This document shows, piece by piece, positions 1-5,343 of a stretch of 5,391 bases of DNA. Below the pieces are notes generated by a model. That model made no database searches. It saw only the letters and a list, made by a program, of their open reading frames with translations, and had not been told where the DNA came from. Within the stretch, counting starts at the first letter, position 1, and each line of letters starts with the position of its first letter. The stretch comes from Paramicrosporidium saccamoebae KSL3 (lineage: Eukaryota; Fungi; Cryptomycota). The stretch covers positions 17,331 through 22,721 of the forward strand of contig MTSL01000122.1 in the NCBI GenBank assembly GCA_002794465.1, given 5' to 3'. The position numbers were made by a program, and so were the translations under genes.

Positions 1-29
1 TCATTTTATGATTATGTTATTTGTGAGAC

Positions 30-35
30 TATAAA
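30..35 (+). promoter_or_regulatory. Candidate TATA box (TATAAA) for ORF1
   Basis: Exact TATAAA 25 nt upstream of a CT-rich tract, an arrangement common in fungal promoters. Function not demonstrated. Confidence 0.4.
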
Positions 36-60
36 TGGGTCGTTGGATCGACTGAATAAA

Positions 61-100
61 TTCTCTTCTCTTCTCTTCTCGTCCCATCTCGTCTCTTTCT
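61..100 (+). repeat. (TTCTC)4 microsatellite (61-80) within a 40-nt pyrimidine-rich tract
   Basis: ttctcttctcttctcttctc followed by gtcccatctcgtctctttct. Confidence 0.85.
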
Positions 101-110
101 GCCTAACAAG

Positions 111-276
111 GTGCGTGGTAGAACAGCTTGCGTTTAATAAGGGATTGTTGTGCAATGAATTGATCGCTATTGCATAATAAAATAACCCACCACATATCAG
201 ATCCAATCGATTTAATGATCCAATCAACCGAATCAATTTAATAGCGATACACTGCGCCACAGTGACTAAATTACAG
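111..276 (+). other. Candidate spliceosomal intron in the 5' UTR of ORF1 (166 nt)
   Basis: Donor CAAG|GTGCGT at 111. Branch-like GACTAA at 263-268. Acceptor TTACAG| at 276, 5 nt before the ATG at 282. Splicing would remove the upstream ATGs lying in this interval. Confidence 0.4.
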
Positions 277-281
277 GTGCG

Positions 282-2429
282 ATGAAGCTGCCGTCCAGTG
301 TAGTTTTATGTATGCTAACTATTGTCGGCCAATGCAGTAGTTCCTCGGACAAGAGCCTCTCTGGATTGGAATGTTGCTTTTATGACCTCTCTATGGCCGC
401 TAGAGTTTCTGTCCCGCAGATAACTGCAAGAGAATGTAGCACCGTTTTTGCAGATACTTTTACAGAAGACAATCACTTTGGGGGACTTTGTCCAGAGTTT
501 CGGGTAACTTTTCAGGATGACGCTGTCTCGAGAAATGATCCGGTAGGGGAAAGAGTTTCTGAATTGATAAAGCGGGGACGCGGGTTATCTACTCACAGCA
601 TGAATCTCGAATTGCAGAAGGCCATAGAAGTGGATGGGGTGTCTGTCCTTGATGCTCATCACATTGCCACAGAAAGCCAGCTTGCCGAGATGTATGCTTT
701 GGAGGTTGTGAAGGAGGCCCTTCAAGAAGGATACAAGTATATACTGTACTGTGCCCAAACCCAACCTTTTCTTTATTGGAGAGGCCCAAAATATTACCAT
801 TGGTTCTATGCACGCTCGTTTGGTGAGTCTTGGTTTAATGAAGAATTGTGGAGTTGGGCAGAGCTCGATTGGAAGTGTCATTTTAACCAAATCTTATGGG
901 CCGACAATGTGGAATTCTTTGAACATGTCAGAGATCGCAGACTCGTCCCGTCACATCTATACACGGAACTTTTTTTACATCCTTATCGGCTTTGGAAACG
1001 CGACGCTGCAAAAATTATGACGCACTTGGGAGTGCACATTGCGTCAGATGAAATTGCAATAAGTAATTTGGCTTCTTTAGAACGTACTAACATTTTGCGC
1101 CAGCTATACAGTGATGGCGTTGACATATTCAAGAATCCAAAGAGGCTTTCAAGGGTTTTTAATTCCGACTTGCTTGACTTTGTCCTGTCAGTCAACCCAG
1201 GCATTGTGGACATTCAGTGGGAAGTAGACCAGGCAATATCCTATTGCAGATTGGATCTGCTCAAAGTCTTATTCCGGCGTCAAGGTAGAGTTTTACTAAG
1301 CCAGGCACAGATAACTAAAGCTGTCGAGTACAATCATTTTGAGATTGTAGAGTGGGCATATTCAATCGATCCAAATCTTCGACCGATCAAAGAGTGTCTC
1401 CCAGGTATTATGAGGTTTGGGCTGGTGAGGCTATTTGATTTTCTATACCGACTTGATCCCGAATTCCTCCCAGAACCGTATCACGCCGAGACGGCAAGTT
1501 ATATGACTATGTGGAATGTTGAAATGATTGCTAGACTGTACGAAATTAATCCTGAGCTGGTTCCGCTGATGCCAATCTATCGCCATGCTATAGAACTAAA
1601 GGATACTAGAGTAGCTGTATGGGTTAGAGGCAAGATGAAAGAAACGTATGGCACAGGTGTAGTATTCACAGTGGGTGATGTCAACTTTGCAATCGCCTCG
1701 AAAGATTGGGCATTTGTACGCTTGAGCGTGGAAAATAATTACACCTTGCGGCCCAGCGGAGCCACGATTAGGGACCTTGCGAAAGGTATTTACAAATGCT
1801 ATTTTTCCAAGCCAAGCAAAAACACAGAGTTTCTGAAACTCATGATGTATTTGTACGAGCAGACAGCGAGTACTGAGTATCTACCCACTGCAAAAGAGCT
1901 GCGTCGCGAGTCGCTGGGGCACGTGCAATGGGCATATTCCCTGAATAGTTCTTATCTTTCTCGTCAAGATTTTATGCAACTCTGTGCTTTTGACGTGGCT
2001 GATACTGAAATTATTCAATGGGTTTATGAGTTTGTACATGCAGACATTGCTTGTTCAGAGACGGCCAATATGGCAGTGCAGCATCAGAAAATCAATCTCT
2101 TGAACTGGATCATCACAAACGATCCAGCGGCATTTCCAACAAAAGACTGTATCCGGTCTAAGTTAGAGGACTTAATGTTCCTTTTTCCCTGGAACCGGGA
2201 TCTGGTAGAGTGGGTATTTGACAGACGGCCAGACTATCTCGCAGATTGGAAAATCCCGCGCCATGCTACCATTTTTGGTCAAGAGATATTGCAAAAGGTC
2301 GAAGCTTACCAGAGGGAGCAGGGATTTTTAGAAGGCGAGACGCTTGCCGTGAGATTCGGTCAATTTCCCAGAGGGTTAAGCACAGGATTTTTCCTTGGTG
2401 GCAGAAACCACCGCTGTGGATTCTTTTGA
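282..2429 (+). CDS. Putative secreted protein (715 aa) with degenerate ankyrin-like/alpha-solenoid repeats; paralog of the 704-aa gene
   Basis: 2.1-kb open frame. N-terminus MKLPSSVVLCMLTIVGQCSS (basic residue, hydrophobic core, small residues) is signal-peptide-like. Recurrent helix-pair units such as AISYCRLDLLKVLF, AVEYNHFEIVEWAY and AVQHQKINLLNWII. Several colinear blocks of similarity to ORF 2710..4824. Confidence 0.88.
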   Translation: MKLPSSVVLCMLTIVGQCSSSSDKSLSGLECCFYDLSMAARVSVPQITARECSTVFADTFTEDNHFGGLCPEFRVTFQDDAVSRNDPVGERVSELIKRGRGLSTHSMNLELQKAIEVDGVSVLDAHHIATESQLAEMYALEVVKEALQEGYKYILYCAQTQPFLYWRGPKYYHWFYARSFGESWFNEELWSWAELDWKCHFNQILWADNVEFFEHVRDRRLVPSHLYTELFLHPYRLWKRDAAKIMTHLGVHIASDEIAISNLASLERTNILRQLYSDGVDIFKNPKRLSRVFNSDLLDFVLSVNPGIVDIQWEVDQAISYCRLDLLKVLFRRQGRVLLSQAQITKAVEYNHFEIVEWAYSIDPNLRPIKECLPGIMRFGLVRLFDFLYRLDPEFLPEPYHAETASYMTMWNVEMIARLYEINPELVPLMPIYRHAIELKDTRVAVWVRGKMKETYGTGVVFTVGDVNFAIASKDWAFVRLSVENNYTLRPSGATIRDLAKGIYKCYFSKPSKNTEFLKLMMYLYEQTASTEYLPTAKELRRESLGHVQWAYSLNSSYLSRQDFMQLCAFDVADTEIIQWVYEFVHADIACSETANMAVQHQKINLLNWIITNDPAAFPTKDCIRSKLEDLMFLFPWNRDLVEWVFDRRPDYLADWKIPRHATIFGQEILQKVEAYQREQGFLEGETLAVRFGQFPRGLSTGFFLGGRNHRCGFF
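1065..2246 (+). repeat. Protein-level degenerate helical repeat region of ORF1 (aa ~262-655)
   Basis: Units end in [WFL]-x-[YLF]-x-x-[DN]-P-x-[LFI]: LDFVLSVNPGI, VEWAYSIDPNL, FDFLYRLDPEF, IARLYEINPEL, LNWIITNDPAA, VEWVFDRRPDY. Consecutive units start at aa 356, 385 and 416 (29 and 31 apart). Confidence 0.65.
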
Positions 2430-2448
2430 TTGTAAAGTGCAGAATGAA

Positions 2449-2566
2449 TTGATTAGTTGGGTATTTGAAGATATGAGTGTGACGTAGAGGCAGAGAGTTG
2501 ATTAGTTGGGTATTTGTGTGCTAGAGTGGATCAATTAGCTGGATATTTGAGGACAGTGAGATGTGT
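2449..2566 (+). repeat. Three-copy degenerate direct-repeat array, core TTGATTAGTTGGGTATTTG
   Basis: Exact 19-mer at 2449-2467 and 2498-2516. Third copy TCAATTAGCTGGATATTTG at 2531-2549 (15/19). Similarity between units 1 and 3 continues past the core (AAGATA-TGAG-TGTG vs AGGACAGTGAGATGTG). Confidence 0.9.
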
Positions 2567-2578
2567 ATCCATACTATT
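2538..2578 (+). repeat. Left arm of a 41-bp inverted repeat pair (partner 5344-5384)
   Basis: GCTGGATATTTGAGGACAGTGAGATGTGTATCCATACTATT matches the reverse complement of 5344-5384 at 39/41 positions. Confidence 0.95.
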
Positions 2579-2618
2579 TATCTCCACTATGTGACGGTGA
2601 TATTCCTGCTGTGAGATA

Positions 2619-2624
2619 ATTAAA
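2619..2624 (+). terminator. Possible polyadenylation signal (ATTAAA) for ORF1
   Basis: Common variant hexamer about 190 nt downstream of the ORF1 stop. Motif match only. Confidence 0.25.
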
Positions 2625-2654
2625 AGGCGCTAGCCCCGTTCTTTTAGGACGAAT

Positions 2655-2660
2655 TTTATT
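2655..2660 (-). terminator. Possible polyadenylation signal (AATAAA) for ORF2
   Basis: TTTATT on the + strand is AATAAA on the minus strand, about 50 nt downstream of the ORF2 stop. Motif match only. Confidence 0.35.
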
Positions 2661-2709
2661 GGTGTATTGGTTCTATATTATCTGCGCCTGTCGGTCGCTC
2701 AGTTGTTAA

Positions 2710-4824
2710 TCAAGCTCGGGTTCTATGTTTCTGGCACTTGTCGCCTAGCCATTCTTTGACATTGGCCTTCCACGCACCCTGAATTCTCTCTATCACGCTA
2801 CGAACCTTATCAGTGCATACCAATGACGGATCGCTTGCGTATATCGTCTTTAGAATCTCGAGGCAGCCAGCCGCTGCGATCATTTCTACAACTCTTGCAG
2901 TTATGGGGGATAATCGCTCAAGCAGCCACCGTAGCACTTGCTCGTGACCCGCCGAGATAGCGTGTTGCATCAGGTTCAAGTCGAATTTGACAGCGCCTTC
3001 TGTCTTTAATGCGATCCATTTGAATAGGCGTAGCCATGCCTCTTCAGGTAGGGGGACTGGTAAACGATAGGCAGTATCCAGACTTGGCAGCACGTTATTC
3101 AAATGCTCTTTGAATATCCAATCCATTTCCTCCTGTCTGTTGTGCATGGCAGCGTAGAGGAGAGACGCTTGGCTAATTTGAGGCATTTTGTCTACAGGTA
3201 CCCCTAATTTGGTGTAAGTTTCAAACATTATGTGCAGAGCTGCAAAGTTTCCTCTTTTACAGGCAACTTCCACAGAATTATTATCCGGAAGAGTACTGGA
3301 CTTTTCGTAAACCCATTTGAGACTTTCAACGTGTCCACAACTAGCTGCGACATTTGCTAAATCTTGCCATGGGAACTTTTCTTTCCATACAGTGTATGCA
3401 GATTGCAATTCTTCCAAGTGACCTTTGGCTGCCAATAACACAAGGTCTACCTCAAACGGCAATATAACCTTGGCCTTATCTTGGAGGTACCTGATGATTT
3501 CATGAGAGTCAACGAACTTGTAGGAACCTAAGATCACATAATCCCAATTCACCTCCTTTTCAAACTCGGCGTATATCCACTCGATGGTTTTTAAATGTCC
3601 CAATTGGGCGACCACTTCCACCAACTCTATTTCTGGGCATTGCATTTTCCCCTGATTATTGTGCAGCAATTTCAATACATCAAGACTGCCATTTTTTAAA
3701 GCCTCATCCCACAACTGATACAGGTCGTGACTGAAAGTACGACTTCCACTGACAAGTTTCTGTATCAAGGGCACGCAATTGTGTTTGGCGAGCCAGCCGG
3801 AAAAGGTATAGCCGATTTGCAACTGTTTGTCCCATAGTCGCAAGCAGCGCCTTGGGATTCGATAATAGCCAATACTGAAAAGATACAAAAGCTCAGCGGG
3901 AGATTTCACATCATGAGGGGCAATGATGCGATTAATAATACGCGTTGGCGTATGCTTGCCCACCAACATGACATTTTGCTTGATTTCATCGGCTAATTCA
4001 GGGTGGAGATGGGTGAGGATATTTTCCGCATCAAACTTGAGAATGTGCTCGAACAGCTCATCATGGGATAATTTTCTCAAACACGGTTCATTACGCATCA
4101 CCTTGTAAAAGTCAGCATTGTCGGCCTTGAAAATTACTGGCCAGCACTCATCCCAGTTAAATTCCTGTCGATCCGGAATGAAAGCTGGAGTGCCATATGT
4201 CATGGCTCGGGCCCAATGCTCCTGCTCCTGATTATCCCACATTGGGTGATACATGAGGAATTTCAGGACCTCATATAATTGATAATCGAGTGCTTCCTGC
4301 ACAATTGTTTCAACATTTCCGTGCGCAATCACGGGACAGTCGGACGCCATGAGCCCTGCGAAGAAATAGTACTTGTTGATGGCTTTTTCATCTTTTCCTG
4401 CAAGTTTTTCAAGCATCTTGAGAGTGAAATTAAGAGTTTTGAGATCCAGTTGGCGTCCCTGTTCAGACAGTTCGTTGTAGTATCTAACAAGGTCTTCTCC
4501 CAGTTGAGTTTTTGAGAGAATTATGTAAATGCGGCCAATCGGCGTGCTGGGATCCAAGCCAACGCCAAATTCAGCAAGCAGGGAGTGGGGGGTAGTCGAC
4601 GTGGATTCAAGAGACTGAATATTCGTAAAGGTGGCAGACTGAGTAGTCGACTTAGGCGGTGTGGTGCCAGATGGCTTTGCGCGCTCTTCGTCGCCAACAA
4701 AAGGCCTCTTGCGCCCATTCAAGCGCTTTTCTAAACGCTCTTCTTCGCTAATAGAAGAGCCCTGGAGCTCTTGAAACCAACTGGACATGCAGAACAATAG
4801 GAGAAGGAGCAGCACAAGCTTCAT
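2710..4824 (-). CDS. Putative secreted ankyrin-like repeat protein (704 aa)
   Basis: 2.1-kb open frame. Strong signal-peptide-like start MKLVLLLLLLFCMSSWFQELQG. S/T/P-rich linker at aa 51-81. At least 8 units matching A-x-x-x-G-H-L-x-x-L-x-W-L (e.g. VAQLGHLKTIEWIY, AASCGHVESLKWVY, AISAGHEQVLRWLL, IAAAGCLEILKTIY). Confidence 0.92.
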   Translation of the reverse strand: MKLVLLLLLLFCMSSWFQELQGSSISEEERLEKRLNGRKRPFVGDEERAKPSGTTPPKSTTQSATFTNIQSLESTSTTPHSLLAEFGVGLDPSTPIGRIYIILSKTQLGEDLVRYYNELSEQGRQLDLKTLNFTLKMLEKLAGKDEKAINKYYFFAGLMASDCPVIAHGNVETIVQEALDYQLYEVLKFLMYHPMWDNQEQEHWARAMTYGTPAFIPDRQEFNWDECWPVIFKADNADFYKVMRNEPCLRKLSHDELFEHILKFDAENILTHLHPELADEIKQNVMLVGKHTPTRIINRIIAPHDVKSPAELLYLFSIGYYRIPRRCLRLWDKQLQIGYTFSGWLAKHNCVPLIQKLVSGSRTFSHDLYQLWDEALKNGSLDVLKLLHNNQGKMQCPEIELVEVVAQLGHLKTIEWIYAEFEKEVNWDYVILGSYKFVDSHEIIRYLQDKAKVILPFEVDLVLLAAKGHLEELQSAYTVWKEKFPWQDLANVAASCGHVESLKWVYEKSSTLPDNNSVEVACKRGNFAALHIMFETYTKLGVPVDKMPQISQASLLYAAMHNRQEEMDWIFKEHLNNVLPSLDTAYRLPVPLPEEAWLRLFKWIALKTEGAVKFDLNLMQHAISAGHEQVLRWLLERLSPITARVVEMIAAAGCLEILKTIYASDPSLVCTDKVRSVIERIQGAWKANVKEWLGDKCQKHRTRA
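2830..3711 (-). repeat. Protein-level ankyrin-like repeat region of ORF2 (aa ~372-665)
   Basis: The conserved G (or N) falls at aa 379, 409, 468, 497, 525, 562, 626 and 653, giving spacings of 30, 59, 29, 28, 37, 64 and 27. Period is about 27-30 aa with some decayed units between; no TPLH motif. Confidence 0.8.
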
Positions 4825-4855
4825 CTCGAGTACCCTGGTTGTTTATCTCGGTTTG

Positions 4856-4863
4856 TTATATAA
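4856..4863 (-). promoter_or_regulatory. TATA-like element (TTATATAA) upstream of ORF2
   Basis: AT-only palindrome 32-39 nt upstream of the ATG at 4824. Confidence 0.35.
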
Positions 4864-5077
4864 TCCCGATCGATGTGGGTTATTGGGTGTTGGTACAAGT
4901 GGTTGCAGTTAGGAAGCATTGTCTTGTCACTTAGTTGGGTGAATGCAATTGGGAAATGGGCCAAGATCCGTGTATTGATTGTCAGGATGTTGTGTGTGAT
5001 GGACAGATGTAAACAAGGCTATTTGTTGGTCACTGGCATTGAATGTATACCTGTTGGAGGTGCTGATCAATCACTAG

Positions 5078-5131
5078 TAACAGAGTCCTCTGTTAGGTTC
5101 TGTATTTTGGGCAACGGGTATTCCCAAAATA
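5078..5131. repeat. Two adjacent perfect inverted repeats
   Basis: TAACAGAG-tc-CTCTGTTA (5078-5095; 8-bp arms, 2-nt spacer) and TATTTTGGG-11 nt-CCCAAAATA (5103-5131; 9-bp arms). Confidence 0.75.
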
Positions 5132-5343
5132 GTTCATTCGTCTTGGCTAGATCTTCATTCAAGTCTGAGCATGGATTGGCGTGAAGCAGTGTAATGGATG
5201 GCTAGGGTCAGAATAGTTTGGGTTAGAGGAGATGAGAATTGTATGAATTATGGGAGAGTGCGAGCAGAAACGCTGTAAATTGTGTTAGTAAAGTTGGGGA
5301 TAATACCACAGACGGGAAGGGGGTTGTTCACTGCTAATACTAG

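Noticed and set aside
12-260. 82-aa minus-strand ORF
   Set aside because: Lies over the AT-rich promoter/UTR and microsatellite of ORF1; the charged stretch is just the translated (GAGAA)n repeat.
585-1213. Short ORFs 585..890 (-), 589..813 (-), 751..1020 (+), 983..1213 (-)
   Set aside because: Fully nested in the 715-aa CDS, whose frame is supported by paralog homology; no recognisable motifs.
2246-2452. 68-aa alternative-frame ORF over the ORF1 3' end (possible frameshifted C-terminus)
   Set aside because: No similarity to ORF2 or to the repeat consensus, and no slippery site that I can support.
2449-2516. Telomeric repeat interpretation of TTAGTTGGG
   Set aside because: No tandem TTAGGG/TTAGG runs; the copies are spaced and internal between two genes.
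2449-2549. CRISPR-like repeat-spacer appearance
   Set aside because: Only three 19-nt non-palindromic copies, unequal spacers (30 and 14 nt), spacer 1 resembles the sequence after copy 3, no cas genes, and the context is eukaryote-like.
3923-4718. Antisense ORFs 3923..4108, 4279..4515, 4521..4718 (+)
   Set aside because: Shadow ORFs opposite the 704-aa CDS with no protein-like features.
4681-4746. Calling ORF2 an oomycete RxLR effector
   Set aside because: DEER is present but there is no RxLR upstream of it, so it is kept only as a noted resemblance.
4795-4812. Poly-Leu run in ORF2 as a microsatellite expansion
   Set aside because: The six Leu codons are mixed (CTG CTC CTT CTC CTA TTG), which fits a selected signal-peptide h-region rather than slippage.
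4873-5184. 103-aa plus-strand ORF divergent from ORF2
   Set aside because: W/V/G/C-rich composition follows from the G/T skew of the strand; it starts only 49 nt from the ORF2 ATG over its likely promoter and has no motif. Cannot be fully excluded without expression data.
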